In this document: positions 28,738 to 42,018 of the stretch, one piece after another
Position numbering within the stretch: the stretch's first letter is position 1
Layout: every line of letters starts with the position of its first letter
Assembly: GCF_009914755.1 (NCBI RefSeq)
Contig: NC_060939.1
From: the human T2T-CHM13v2.0 reference genome, Homo sapiens
Length of the DNA stretch: 64,000 nucleotides
Reading direction: 5' to 3' (one strand)
Position numbers and translations under genes: made by a program
Notes under the pieces: generated by a model
Told to the model about the DNA's origin: nothing
What the model saw: only the letters and a program-made list of their open reading frames with translations
Databases searched by the model: none

Positions 28738-29174
<437 letters not shown>

Positions 29175-29175
<1 letters not shown>

Positions 29176-29420
29176 AAAGAAAGAATAAAAGAAAGAGAGA
29201 GAGAAAGAAGAAAGGAGGAAAGAAAGAAAGAGAAGGAAGGGAGGAAGGAATGAAGGAAGGAAGGAAAGAAAGAAAGAGAAAGAAAGAAAGAAAGGAAAAG
29301 GAAGAAAGAAAGAAAGAAAGAGAGAGAGAAAGAGAGAAGAAGAGAGACAGGAAGAAAGAGAGAGAGGGAGGAAGGAAGGAAGGAAAGGAAGGAAGGAAGG
29401 AGAGCAACAGAGAAAAAAGA
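29175..29420 (+). repeat. GA-rich microsatellite (GAAA/GGAA/GA)n derived from the Alu tail
   Basis: About 245 bp of almost pure purine lying between the Alu body and its 3' TSD. Confidence 0.93.
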
Positions 29421-30624
29421 AAGTTTATTTATATTCCTAGTTTGCATTCCTGAATTTGTAGCACTATTTTTGAAAATAATGTGCTTATATGTTATTTTGG
29501 TTAAATACAAATTAAAAATGAAAGATGACTTTGGTAGCCATGTGGAGGAAGAGCACAAATGATGAGTTTAGAGGTGGGGAGGCTGGGGGAGACCAGGGGA
29601 TGTCTGGGGGGAGGGCAGCAAGCCAGGGCCTGTGGAGAAGACTTTTTGGTGGGAGGGGTGCCAAGGCAGGGACTGAGTGAGGAGCTGCAGGTCTGAGTCC
29701 CCAGGAGACTCACATGTCGGGGGACTGAAGGGTCATATGAGGACAGCAACACCACAGGGCAGGAGAGGCAGGCATCCCGGGCTGGCCACGACTGAGATGT
29801 GGGGTGTGGAGGCTTAGTCCCGCCTTGGCTGCTGCTGCTGCGGTGGCCGGGTGGGCCCCTCCGGTCATCTCTCTGACCATCACTCAGGCACCTTCATGAC
29901 AGCTGGGGAAGGGGCCCAGGGTTTCTGTGGCAATAGGGCACAAAATCCCAGAAGAGGAGAAAGAAAGCCACGAAATCAATTCTGGCTCTGAAATAAAAAT
30001 AGCCAGTAGTTGAGAATTTTAAGAAAGGAAAAACAAAAACAGTGTTGGTATATGAGTCACACTGACTTCTCCCAATTACCAGCTTTTAGGCTCCAAATAA
30101 AGCTTTCAACGGAGGAGCCTTGGAATGTCAGTGGTGGTGAGGACGCCGAGCTCCGACCCCTCCTGCCAACCTTGCGTTTGGCGCTCTCCTATGGAAACAG
30201 TCATCCTTCCTGCTCAGAGCTGTATGCCTCCTCTGGCATATGGAGCCAGGAGACCTGGCCCAAACTACACCCCTCTTTGGGCCTCAGTTTCCCCCTTGGC
30301 AAAGCAAAGAGCCTGGACTGATTTTCATCTTTGACATGGCTGTTGTGCTCAAATATGGCTGAGTGCTCAAAGAACACTCAGTCAGGACTGAGGACAAGAC
30401 AAATGGCAGGAATATTCCAGACCCTCTGTCAGTTTCAGGCCTGTGAGCATCAGGTGAGTCCACCCTGCTGAGCGCAACTGTCATGTAAAGTCACAAATGC
30501 CACGTTCCCTCATAAACACTGACCTCAGGACCCAAGTCCTGTGGGATCCCATTCCATAGAGCAATGCACAGAGACCCTGATGCACAGCAGGCTCAGGAGT
30601 TGCCAACACTTACTGATGAGGGGC

Positions 30625-31375
30625 ACGGGCATAGTGGCTGAGAGGCTCTTGGCAGCCTGCAGCTGGACGGCCAGGGTTTGAATTCCGCCTCTAGCTCTTA
30701 CCAGATGAGTGATGTTGAGCAGGGTCCCACAGGAGATGGATGTTTGAGCAGAGTTTGCAGGAGGGGCTGTTTACAGAGGTGTGTGCAGAACCCACAAAGC
30801 ACGGGGCAGCCCCAGAAGGCTGTGCAACCTCTGGGACTGGAGGGGTCAGGAGCAAGGGCAAGGGGCATGTGAAGAAAGTGGTGGCAGCTAGAGCCCTGGG
30901 AGAGGGGCCGAGGGTGGGACCTGTGGCCAGGGGAAGAGGAAAGCAGCTCTGCTAAAACCAAGGCTGGTAGGAAGGAAGCTGGGCAAATACTCTGACCCCC
31001 TGTACTCCTGCCAATGCCCCTGTGGGCTGAGTCCAACTAGAAGCCAGAGGACAAGGCAGTGGGTAAAGTTGAGGGCAGAGATCAGCCCTCAGGACACAGA
31101 GCAGGGAGGAGAAAGGTGGAGGGTGGGTCTGGAGGGCAAAGACCAGCACATGTGAACTTTCTGGGCCTCCGTTTCCTGATTTGTAAAATGGTGATGATAA
31201 CAACACCCATGGCATTGTACTATTGCCAGAATAAATCTCTCTCTCTCTCTCACTCTCTCTCTCTAGCTCTAGCTCTCTATCTATCCACTTATCTGTCTAT
31301 CTATCCAGTACTTACAACAGTGCCTGGCACACAGGTGTAATGTATAAACGTCTGCTATTTTACCTATGTTATTAC
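30625..31375 (+). mobile_element. MIR split by an ERVL LTR
   Basis: ggcatagtggctgagagg...gggtttgaattccgcctct before the LTR; ttctgggcctccgtttcctgatttgtaaaatgg...acaacagtgcctggcacac after it. Confidence 0.7.
30716..31150 (-). mobile_element. ERVL LTR (LTR16/LTR33/LTR41 group)
   Basis: ggctgagtccaactagaagccagaggacaagg...gacacagagcagggaggagaaaggtggagggtgggtctggagggcaaa...ccagcaca. Confidence 0.7.
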
Positions 31376-32546
31376 CATGCTCCTGCTCGCATTTGTTCCC
31401 TTCCTCCAGGCACCCAAGTTTTCATCTTCCCTTTTACCCCGATGTGCTTCCTGTCAGCTGGCTCTGGGGAAGAGTCTGTTAATCAGCTGCCACTAAGGTA
31501 TACATAACTGATCATGGCTTCGGGAGCTACCTCTGCCTGGGAGCACTTGCATTTTACAGGAAATGCTGCATCTTCCTTAGGGCGTGAAGTTCTGATGGTG
31601 GAACCTCAGGTCTTTTGTTGCTGTTGAAATTACAGGTGAGTGGTCTCTTCTTCCTGCATTGAATAATAATAACCAGTGGGGAAGATACTGGGGAGTAGGC
31701 AGGCTTCTGGAGTGCAGAGAGTGGCCCCTGCCCAGGGACAGAGCCATGAGCCTCTGATAGGAAGAGGTGGTTAAGCCCCAGCCACTTGCCAACTTTGCCA
31801 ACTTGCCAACTCTGGAGAAGCCAGCTCTGACCCTGAGCCTGGAAGAGGGGTCCTCTACCCCTCAAAACTGGGGCAGAGCCCCTTCAGGGGCCCAGATAGG
31901 GAGGTGCTCAGAGAGGGGTAACATGGCCCCAGGTTCCCCAGGAGGCTGGTGATGAGTCTGGGATTTGAACCAGGAGGCCTGACCCCCAGGCCAGGGTCCT
32001 TCTTTCCCCTGCCCCCATCCCACCCTTCTCTGCTCTGGAGTACACACCCTTGAGTGGCTGGAGACATCCCTGGGCAGCTGTCTGACCTCACAGTTGGCCC
32101 TGGAGCAGCTCAGCCTTTCAGCCAGAGGGAAATGTGTGTCCCAGAGAGTGACCCATGCTGAGTGTGGATTGTTCGTGCTGCTGAAGTCCCTCCATCCTTG
32201 GTTCTGTCTGGCAGTTATGGCCTCTCTCCTTGGCCAGGTGGCTGTGGCCATGACTCTCTCCTCATTCCCATCTACGGAACTGCCCCTCAAGTGAGGTTTC
32301 AGTTGACCTCAGAATGGCCTTCTCTCCACCCCACAGCCTGAGAGTTCTCCAGGTCATTGGTCATACGCTCTGGGACACACATGTGAGCTGATTGTTTATG
32401 CAGTGTTTGCTCACAATAGCAACAAGCACCCCTTCTTCTGCAGCCCGTTGATGGCAAGATGCTGTCACACAGGAGGGACTACAAAGTAGCTGGCAGCAGA
32501 AAGCATCCACAAAACAAGCTTGGGCTAGTGAAAGCATCTGGCAAAC

Positions 32547-32617
32547 AAGCTCAGGCTCAAGCAATCATCATAAAAAGAAAAGAAAAGAAAAGAAAAAAAA
32601 AAAGCTCAGGCTCAAGC
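32547..32617 (+). mobile_element. Extremely 5'-truncated retrotransposon insertion (near poly(A)-only) with a 16-bp TSD
   Basis: aagctcaggctcaagc (32547-32562), then aatcatcat plus an A-rich tail, then aagctcaggctcaagc (32602-32617). Confidence 0.8.
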
Positions 32618-33129
32618 TCTTTCCTCTCAGCTCATGACTCATTTGCACACATAGGCCTTGCTCCATGGTGACAGGGTCAGCTCATCTTGGCCACATCGCA
32701 GACTTGTGAGCCTTTGTGAACACTGACATAGCATCACTTACAACCCAGGTGCCTCAGATTCCAAGGCTGAGAAGAGGAGGCTGTGGGACATCAAGGATCT
32801 TAGAAACACAACGAAATCTCAAGACATTAAAATTGAAAGGTTCTGAATTTTGCATGAATGTGCAGTTTTCTTGTGGCCTGAGCTTCCATCAGATTCTCAA
32901 AGTGCCCTTGTATTAGTCAGGGTAGACTAGGTAATGCTGTGATAACAAGCAATCCCAAATTCTGATAACAGAATCCCAAGTGACTGATAACAAGGGTGAA
33001 TCTTCAGAGAGCCACTGGATGGAGTCTCTTTCCTGTCCCTGTTTTTCCCTAACATCCAGCTGCCCATCTATGTAAGAATAAACTAAGCAACAAAAGCCAA
33101 ATGTAACCAAATAGTCATATTGGTTATCC

Positions 33130-33300
33130 GTTGTGTGACAGATACACAAAGAACCAGGTGTTTTATGAAGCATGATCTCATTTAACCTTATGAGGCAGAG
33201 GAGGAAACTGAGGCTTGCAGAACGGAAGTGACTTTCCCTAAGTCACCTGGCTAGTTGTCTAGTCAGAAGCTGGGCTGAGATTTGAACCCAAGCCCCCCCA
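33130..33300 (-). mobile_element. MIR
   Basis: gatctcatttaacct...gaggaaactgaggctt...gagatttgaaccca. Confidence 0.75.
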
Positions 33301-33432
33301 GTAGCTACACTGACTGAACACAACCACATGCGATGTTTCCAAACACATTGGTACTGGTTCTAGTACTTGTATTGTGCTTTTGAGTTTACATAGCATTTCC
33401 ATTAGTTTGGCAAATATTTACGGAGCACCTCC

Positions 33433-33799
33433 TGTATTAGTCCGTTCTCATGCTGCTGATAAAGACATACCTGAGACTGGGCAATTTGCAAAAGAAAGAG
33501 GTTTAATGGACTTAAAATTCCACGTGGCTGGGGAAGCCTCACAATCATGGCAGAAGGCAAGGGGGAGCAAGTCACGTCTTAACACAGATGGCAGCAGGCA
33601 AAGAGAGAGCTTGTACAGAGAAACTCCCATTTTTAAAACCATCAGATCTCTTAAGACCCATTCACTGTCACAAGAACAGCATGGGAAAGACCTGCCCCCA
33701 TGATTCAGTCATCTCCCACCAGGTCCCTCCCACATAACGTGGGAATTATGGGAGTTACAAGATGAGATATGGGTAGGGACACAGAGCCAAACCATATCA
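33433..33799 (-). mobile_element. THE1 (THE1A-like) MaLR solo LTR inserted into an L2 3' end
   Basis: tgtattagtccgttctcatgctgctgataaagacatacc ... gggacacagagccaaaccatatca. Perfect 5-bp TSD cctcc; the L2 resumes (atgtgctggcactgttctagatgct). Confidence 0.95.
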
Positions 33800-34770
33800 C
33801 CTCCCATGTGCTGGCACTGTTCTAGATGCTAGGGTTCTAGGGGTGAATACAATTGACACAGGGCACATGGAAGGGCAGAGAATGGATTGGGGGTAGCAAG
33901 GAGAATTGTTGGACCGGTGACTGATGAGGAGTCAAAGCTTTAACTGGAAGGAATGGCACCTGCTGGGAGCTTCCGGCTCCATGGCATATTGACCAGAATC
34001 ATTCATGCGCCTCCCACAGCAAACTAAGTCACTCTACCCACAAGGCAGGGGGAGCTTGCCTGAAAGGAATCTTGGAGACGTCTCCACACCACTAAGCCTG
34101 GGCTGTTTTTTAAACTGTGGAATCACATTCTTCATTTTGTCCCCAGTGGCATGGGATCTGGTTCAGAGAAGATGTTCGCCAAATGTTTATGGAATGAATG
34201 GATTAACAAACAAATGAACTGATGGATGATGACTGAGGCTGGGCAATGCCCTTTTACTCTACGGGCCTCAGTTTCCTCATCTGTCCACCAAGGTGATGTC
34301 CAAGGGCCTCTTTCTCACTGACATCTGATGACTAATATGACAACAGTGTGCCTTTGTGACTGGAAACCCTGCTGGTCCTCTCTGCCCAAACAGAGCCTGT
34401 GTGTCAGTCTCCAAAGCTGACTTCTGTATTGTCTGGGTAATTTTGCCCCAGAGACAATTGTTCACACTGTGATTATGGGAATCGGTTCCAGCAGCATTGT
34501 TGTGGAGATGGTTAGGATTCTCTAGGGCCAGGGTAGCTGTGCTGAAGGACTCTGTGGCCAGGATTCATGGTTGGATGCAGACAGGTATGACTCTAGGAGC
34601 ACAGACAGGAAATGTTTTTTTCCCCAAATACCTCTTCTGCTGCTGCCTGAAATTCCACCATTTGTGATTTATTCCACCGGGTTCAGCATTGCCCTTTCCT
34701 TTGGTGGGTCTTCTCTATAAATACTAAAAGCCTTTGTGGAATGATGGAGCTTTTAAATAAAATTCAATTC

Positions 34771-35065
34771 TTTTCTTCAACTTATTTTTTAGAGATGAGG
34801 TCTCATTCTGTCACCCAGGCTGGGGTGCAGTGGCACGATCAGAACTCTAACTCACTGCAGCCTCGACTTCCTGGGCTCCAGGGATCATCCCACCTCAGCA
34901 TTCCAGTAGCTGGGACTACAAGCTCACGTCATCATGCAATTTTTTTTAAGAGATGGGGTCTCGCTATATTGCCCAGGAAGGTCTCAAACTCCTGGGCTCA
35001 AGGAACCCTTCTGCCTCAACTTCCGAAAGTGCTGGGTTTACAGGTGTGAGTGACAGCACCCACCC
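34771..35065 (-). mobile_element. AluJ
   Basis: Reverse dimer with J features. TSD aaattcaatt. Confidence 0.9.
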
Positions 35066-35171
35066 AAATTCAATTTCTGATTGCGTTTTATGTGCCAGCC
35101 TCTGCACAGAGGGGCTGAGGTAGAATCAAAAATAATAACTATGACAGTAATATAACTATACCATTTTTTCA

Positions 35172-35745
35172 ATTAAAAATTTTTAAATTGAGACATAATA
35201 TTTGTACATGTTTTTGGGGTACATGAGATAATTTGATACATTCATATAATGTGTAAAGATCAAATCAGGGTAATTGAGATATCCATCACCTTAAACATTT
35301 ATCTTTTCTTTCTGCTGGGAACATTAGAATTATTATCTTCTAGCTGAAATGTATAATAAATTAATGTTAATTATAGTCACCCTCCTTAGCTATCAAACCC
35401 CAGGTCTCATTTCTTCTATCTAAGTGTATATTGGTACCCATTAATCAACTTCTCTCCATCTCCCCGCTCCTCCCTCCTCTTCCTGGCCTCTGGTAACCAC
35501 AAATCTACTCTCTACCTTCATGAGATCCACTTTTCAGCTCCCACATGAGTGAGAATATGCAATATTTATCTTCCAGTGCTTGGCTTATTTCACTGAACAT
35601 AATGACCTACAGTTCCATCCATGTTACTGGCAGATGATAAGATTTCATTCTTTTCTATGGCTGAATACTATTCCTCTGTGCATATGTACCACATTTTCTT
35701 TATCCATTCATCCACTGATGGGCATTTAGGTTGATTCTATAGCCA
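35172..35745 (-). mobile_element. L1MA5-7-like 3' end
   Basis: gatcaaatcagggtaattgagatatccatcacctt ... ctggtaaccacaaatctactctctacc ... gtaccacattttctttatccattcatcc. Confidence 0.88.
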
Positions 35746-36304
35746 CTGTTTGTTGAGAATTTAGTATATAACACATTGGTTACATTAGCTCTTACCTCAA
35801 CCGTTGGAGATATGTATGTATCCTTGGCCACATTTTACAGATGAGGAAATTGAGTCAGAGAGGCTGAGACACTTGCCCAATGTAACATAAGCGAATTTCT
35901 CCTGCTGCATAGCCACTATGCTACAGCCACCTGGCTTATGAGGGTTTCTGTCTAGTGGGGAGAAAGACCTGGCAGTAGAAGAGAATCCATGCTAAACAGA
36001 GGAATAAGCAGTGAGCCATGGGGCAGCCAGATGTAGATCATCAGAAGGCTGAGATTATATGCCAGCTGGTTCTTGAAGGACAAGAAGGAATTTCGTATAC
36101 TAAGAAGGAAAGAGGGAAGTCATGCCTGGGAAAGTTACAGGAGCCAAGCCCCACACTGGGCTGTCTGTATGTTGGCCTCAGGTTGGGTGAAGAATACAGT
36201 GAATGGAAGTAGAGGCATGAGTCCTGTGGGCCAGGTCATGGAAGTCAATGGGGGAGCCACCAAGGTTGTAGCAGAGTGGAAACCCATGAGTCTGCTTTGA
36301 AATA

Positions 36305-36617
36305 CTCCCTCTCTTGAAAAACTGTCACAGGCTAGAGAGGGCTGGGCAGACATAATAACTAAACATGATAAGGCATCCTGGATGGGATCCTGGAACAGAA
36401 AAAGGACATTACGAACAAAACTGATGGTACCCAAACAGGTATGGAGTTTAGTTAATAGTAATGTACCAGTGTTGATTCATTAGTTATGGCAAATGTATCA
36501 AAGCATTTAACAATGGGGGAAACTGGGTGAAGGGTCTATGGGAACTCTCTGTATTATCTTTGCAAGTTTTCTATAAATCAAAAACTCTTCTTAAATACGT
36601 TTATTTAAATAAAAACA
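36305..36617 (+). mobile_element. L1MC-type 3' terminus
   Basis: catcctggatgggatcctggaacagaaaaaggacatt ... ggggaaactgggtgaagggtctatgggaactctctgta ... aaataaaa. Confidence 0.8.
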
Positions 36618-37029
36618 TTTACTCCCTCTGCAGGCAGTGTGGAGGATGGAGTTGAGTGGGGAGGGTCAGGATGCAGACAGCGTGTGTGAAGGAGGCCACC
36701 ACCACCCTACTGTGGCAAGGACCTGTGTCCTGTGGGGGCCAGGGGGGCTGGAAGGAAGAGGGCAGAAATGGGAAACACACTGACACTGGGGGAGGCAGAA
36801 TTTGGCAACTGGTTGGATGTGAGGGCTGAGCTGGAGGCATGAGTCAAAGGTGACGTGACTCTCCTGTCCCAAGCCCAGTGACAGGCACAGAGCAGATCTC
36901 ATAAAAGGAAGGATGGGATTGCCATAGACCAACCTGGGCAGCTTGGGGAGAGAGGAAACATACCAAATCCAATACCACTCAGCACTCCCGTGTTCTGATC
37001 ATAATGTTGTTTATTGGGTAGCTAGATTC

Positions 37030-37600
37030 TTCACAATGGTGCCTCCCAAACTATTGGTGGTCAAGAACCACGTTTTGTTTTTGTTTTTGTTGTTTTTTTT
37101 TGAGATGGAGTCTTGCTCTGTTGCCCAGTGTGGAGTGCAGTGGCGCGATCTCGGCTCAATGCAACCTCCGCCTCCCGGGTTCATGCCATTCTCCTGCCTC
37201 AGCCTCCTGAGTAGCTGGGACTACAGGTGCCCGCCACCACGCTTGGCTAATTTTTTTATTTTTATTTTTAGTAGAGACGGGTTTTCACCATGTTAGCCAG
37301 GATGGTCTCGATCTCCTGAGCTTGTGATCCGCCCGCCTCGGCCTCCCAAAGTGCTGGGATTACAGGCGTGAGCCACCGCACCCGGCCGTTTTTTGTTTTT
37401 TAAATGTATTTCCAGTCCAGTGAAGAGCAATATTTTGGTCTACATCCTGTTCAATGAGATAAGTCCATGGAGCCAGTGTCTGGATGTCAGGCATTTTTAA
37501 AGTGCTGTAGAAGTTTTTGAACCCTTACTCTCCATTTCTATTTTTATCTCACTGCAGACCAGTTAAAACATTGTTTATGGACCGGCACTAGTCCACTTTA
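37030..37600. mobile_element. MER119-like hAT-Charlie relic, interrupted by an Alu
   Basis: ctgttcaatgagataagtcca ... cttactctccatttctatttttatctcactgcagaccag...tttatggaccggcactagtcc. Confidence 0.55.
37072..37387 (-). mobile_element. AluY/AluSc8-like
   Basis: ttcatgccattctcctg and ttagccaggatggtctcgatctcctg; CpG-rich, low divergence. Confidence 0.93.
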
Positions 37601-38809
37601 AACCTCCAACTATCCAAGGGTTAGGGACTACGAATCTCAATTTACAAATGAGAAAACTGAGACTCAAAGAGGTTTAGAAACTATCCAAGGGCTCACAAAA
37701 CTGGTAAGTTGCAGAGAGTAGGGATTTGTTCTGTGATCTGTCTATCTCTAGAAGCAAAACTCCCATCTGCTGCCCGTGACCCATCAGTGTTCATGCAGTC
37801 CTGCTGCTGGCCTCTTGCCTCCTGCCCTGCAGGTTGTTTTCAAAGCTTCTCTTCACTCCTCTTCCCTGGAGGCTGAATCATGGGTTGCTTTGACTCAAGA
37901 AAAGGAGGATGTGGAGGGGAGTGTCTAAAAAACCTTTGCCAGAGGTGACCTCATAACCATCTCCCCGGGACTCAGTGGAGCGTGCAGAGAGCTCAGGCCA
38001 GTGGAGACCTCAACAGAGTGGCCAGGAGCACCGACCCTCACACTGGCATAATTCCCAGTCTCTGCTGCTGACAGACTGGGAAGGGAGGGAGGTCACACAG
38101 GGAGGAAGGTCCAAGGCTGGCCCCTTTGGTGAACTCAGGCAGCACTTAGCAGCAGCTACAAATAACAATGGAAAGGTTGGAGAACCCATCACATGCCAGA
38201 CACAGGGCTAAGTGTGCAGATACCGATTTGTGTTTACTTTTGCTCTGTAGAAGAATCAGGAGGATGAGGTCTATTTGGTTTTTACTTTTCCCATCGAGTT
38301 ATCTCCCACTCTGAGACTGAAGCTGGACTTTTGGGCTCCCTCTCTGTAGGGCCGTGTGCAAAGATGAGAGGGAAGTATGTTGGAAGCAATCTTCTTTTCA
38401 GGCTTCTGAGAAAGCCCAAGCTTACAGAGGACATGGTGCCAGAGAAAGGCACAGACAGTGCTTCTGGAAGGCAAGGTGGCCACGGAGAGTGGAAGATTCT
38501 CCAGCCCTCAGGAAAGGGGCTGAATATCTGTGGGTGTATGAGTTGGGGGACTCTCCTGGGGCAATGGCTATACTGTTTGCCTAGGGAGGCTTCCAGCCTG
38601 TTCAAAGATGCATTCATTCATTAAAGAGTCACCAAAACTCCACTGTGTCTAGGTCCTGGGGACACAGTGATAAACAAGACAGACTTTCAGAAAATAACCA
38701 CACATTTCTTGCACATTCCATTTCACAGAGCCCGAAGCTATCCTCCAGCTCCTGGCTGGAATAGTTCCTCTTTGCTTGAATTGTCCCTTCCAGCCTCTGC
38801 TTGTTTGTC

Positions 38810-39310
38810 CTATTTCACAGCAGAGGACACTCTGGTGCTCAAAACCTTGATATTCAGTGGCTCCATTTTGGCAAGGATAAAGCGCAGACTCTTTGTCAGA
38901 GCGCAGGAGGTCATTAGAATAGCATGAATGGTATCACCATCACTTGCACACACTCCTTGGGTGCATGTTTCCCCCTCACCCTCTAGGACCAGGCTCAGCT
39001 GCTGCCCTTCCAGCCTCATTTCCCAGCACATGCGTTCCCCTCCTTACAGTTCACTTTCCAGTCTCTGCTCCCTTCCTCAGAATGCTTCCTCTGTTCCAAC
39101 TGAGTTCTGGATTTTTCATTTCTCAGCATTTTGAAATCTTACTAATCACCCAGGGCCTAGCTCACATATCACCGCCACTGGGAAGCCTTCTGATTTCCAT
39201 AGTCAGAAAGAACAATTACCTACTCTCCATTCCCAGCCAACCTGACTTACACATACTCATTATAACCTCCTCACTCCTAGCCAACACTTTGCATTTCTTC
39301 TGAAGAACAC
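38810..39310 (+). mobile_element. L2 fragment
   Basis: ctcaaaaccttgatattcagtggctcca...ggataaagcgcagactc; cttccagcctcatttccca; ctcagaatgcttcctct. Confidence 0.55.
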
Positions 39311-39383
39311 ATTGCTGGTAGGCTATCTCTGTTTGACCCTCACACTCTGTTCCTGCCCATGTAGAATCTGCTTATCAAGGCAG

Positions 39384-39848
39384 TGTATTAATCAGGGTTC
39401 TCCAGAGAAGCAGAACCAGAAGGATGGATGGATTGATTGACTATGAGGAATTGGCTCACACAATTATGGAGGCTGACAAGTCCCACAGTCTGCTGTCTGC
39501 AAGCTGGAGACCCAGGAAAGTCAGTGGTATATTTCAGTCCAAGTCCAACAGCCTGAGAACTGGGGGAGCTGATGGTATAAATCCCAGTCCAAGGGACACA
39601 GAAGATGAGATGAGATGTCCCAGATCAACAGGTAGGCAGGAAACAAAAGGGCAAATTCTTCTTCCTTTGTCTTTTTGTTCTCAGATTGGATGATTCAGAC
39701 CCACATTGGTGAGTGTGCTCTACTTTACTGAGCCCACTGGTTCAAATGCTAACCTTATCTGGAAACACACTCACAGAGGCACCCATAAATAACATTTAAT
39801 CTGGCCATCCTTGGCGAGTCAAGTTGACACATAAAATTAACCATCATA
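39384..39848 (-). mobile_element. MLT2B-like ERVL solo LTR
   Basis: tgtattaatcagggttctccagagaagcagaacc ... gtcaagttgacacataaaattaaccatcata. 5-bp TSD ggcag/ggctg. Confidence 0.92.
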
Positions 39849-40419
39849 GGCTGTTGTTCGCAAACCTGTTTATCTGAATTATTCTGTCATTGTTGATGAC
39901 ACATCTACAGAGGCTTAGCATGCAACCAGTTCAGAGGGAGCAGGGGGACAGAAAGTTTCAAAAGAAATGGCTCCAGGAAACAGGAACCTAAGCTTACATG
40001 GTGTATTTAACTCAATAGAGAAATGTTTATAGTTCTGGACAAAGGGGCTGAATTAATCATAAGTTCATAGAGAGTAAACAAATGAGAGGGAAAAGCAATT
40101 ATTAGCTGAAAAAAACAAAAAGCTGTTCAAAAGAAAGAAAATATAATCATGGTACACTAGGTGGCTCAGCTGTGAACAATATTTATATAATCATAATCAT
40201 GTCAATACTGAATAAGAGACAGATAAAAATTATGATACAATCATATTGAAAAGATGGGAATCTGGGAAGTGTGTGTGTCTGCATGTGTACATGTGCTTGT
40301 GTATGCACACACGTGTACTTGTGTGTATGTTAGGATTAGGGGAGAAGTATAAGAGAGCTAAGCTATCATCTTTGACATTTATGGCTAATGTCAAAAAAAA
40401 AATAAGTCAAGAATCAATG

Positions 40420-41548
40420 CTGATAAGATGTCAGCATTCCCATGTTCATTACAGCATTATTCACAATAGCCAAGATAGAATGTAGGGGAGAAAATATAAT
40501 TTCTTTTCTTTCCCTCATAGCTTCTTATCTGAGATGCTCTCCTATAAACAAAATTCAGATTAGCAAGAGAAAAACCAGCAAAAATGTATTGGTGTGTGCT
40601 GTACCCATCACAGGGGAGAGGGAATATTTCTCTCTCAAGGCTGTGGTTTAGGGGCCTTGCTTAAACAGTATTTTTTAAAACACTCATAAATTCTATAGTG
40701 ACAAGATAAAGAAGAGAGCAGCCTCAGGCTTCCACAAGGCAGCAAAATGTGGGAAGGTAAATTTATGGGAAGAGTAAAGTCTGCACCTAGATCTTCTGGC
40801 ACTGCTGTCTCTAAGTTGATAAGCAAGCATTGGAAAGAAGCCCCTCATTAGGCAGGAAAAGGCAAGGAGGATGGCAGGAAGACCTGTTCCTATAAATCAC
40901 CATTAGGCAAGCAGAGGGAGGGGCAGAGTATCCCCCTGTGTTTTAATCTTCTTCAGCTCGACAATCGCCAGTGTTCCAGAAAGGAATATTTTTGTTTCCT
41001 TCAATGGAATCAACTTGTATCCATCAATGGATGAATAGATGAAGAAAACATGGTGTATATACACAATGGAATACTATTCAGCCATGAAAAGGAAGGAAAT
41101 CCTGATGTTTGCAACAATATGAATGAATCTGGGGGGGCATTATGTTAAGAGAAACCACCCGTGCACAGAAAGATATGATCTCACTTATATATGAAATCTA
41201 AAAAAGTCAAACTCATAGAAACAGATTGAAATTATGGTTAACAAGGGCTGGGAGTTGAGGAGATTGGGGTCATGTTGGTCAAAGAACACAAAATTTCAAT
41301 TAGACTGGAGAAATAAATTTAAGAGGTTTGTGGTACATCATGGTGACTGTAACTAATAACAGCATATTGTATACTTGAAAAGTGCTGAGAGTGGGTTTTT
41401 AAGTGTTCTCACCACAAAAATGAGCATGTGAGATAATGCATATATTAAAGAGCTTGATTTAGCCATTCCACAATGTATACACATACAAAATGTCATGTTG
41501 TATACTATAAATATACATAATTTTTACTTGTCAATTAAAAATTAATGA
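40420..41548 (+). mobile_element. L1MA-type 3' end, interrupted by a MER34-like LTR
   Basis: catgttcattacagcattattcacaatagccaagat | atggaatcaacttgtatccatcaatggatgaatag ... tttttacttgtcaattaaaaa. Confidence 0.85.
40481..41003 (-). mobile_element. MER34-group ERV1 solo LTR
   Basis: TG...CA ends; cagattagcaagagaaaaac; gcagcaaaatgtgggaaggtaaatttatggga; cttcagctc...atatttttgtttccttca. The L1 resumes in register. Confidence 0.7.
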
Positions 41549-41709
41549 AAGGAAAAGAGGAAAAATCAAGGGTCAGAATTATAAGCTTGTTATATAGAAA
41601 TATGCGGTGAAATACTCCAAAAGGTGTTAAAAATGATTGCCTATTGGGGATGGGGAGAGGTGAATACAGAGACTGCTGTTTTTATTAAAAATTTTATGGT
41701 ACTATTTGA

Positions 41710-42018
<309 letters not shown>

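Noticed and set aside
31783-31812. ttgccaac repeated three times; similar short duplications near 18885-18921, 23747-23774 and 52682-52708
   Set aside because: Ordinary slippage micro-duplications with no spacers or insertion hallmarks; not CRISPR-like
32795-32970. Possible Charlie-type DNA transposon fragment followed by an MLT1J-like LTR start
   Set aside because: Too short and diverged to name or bound with confidence
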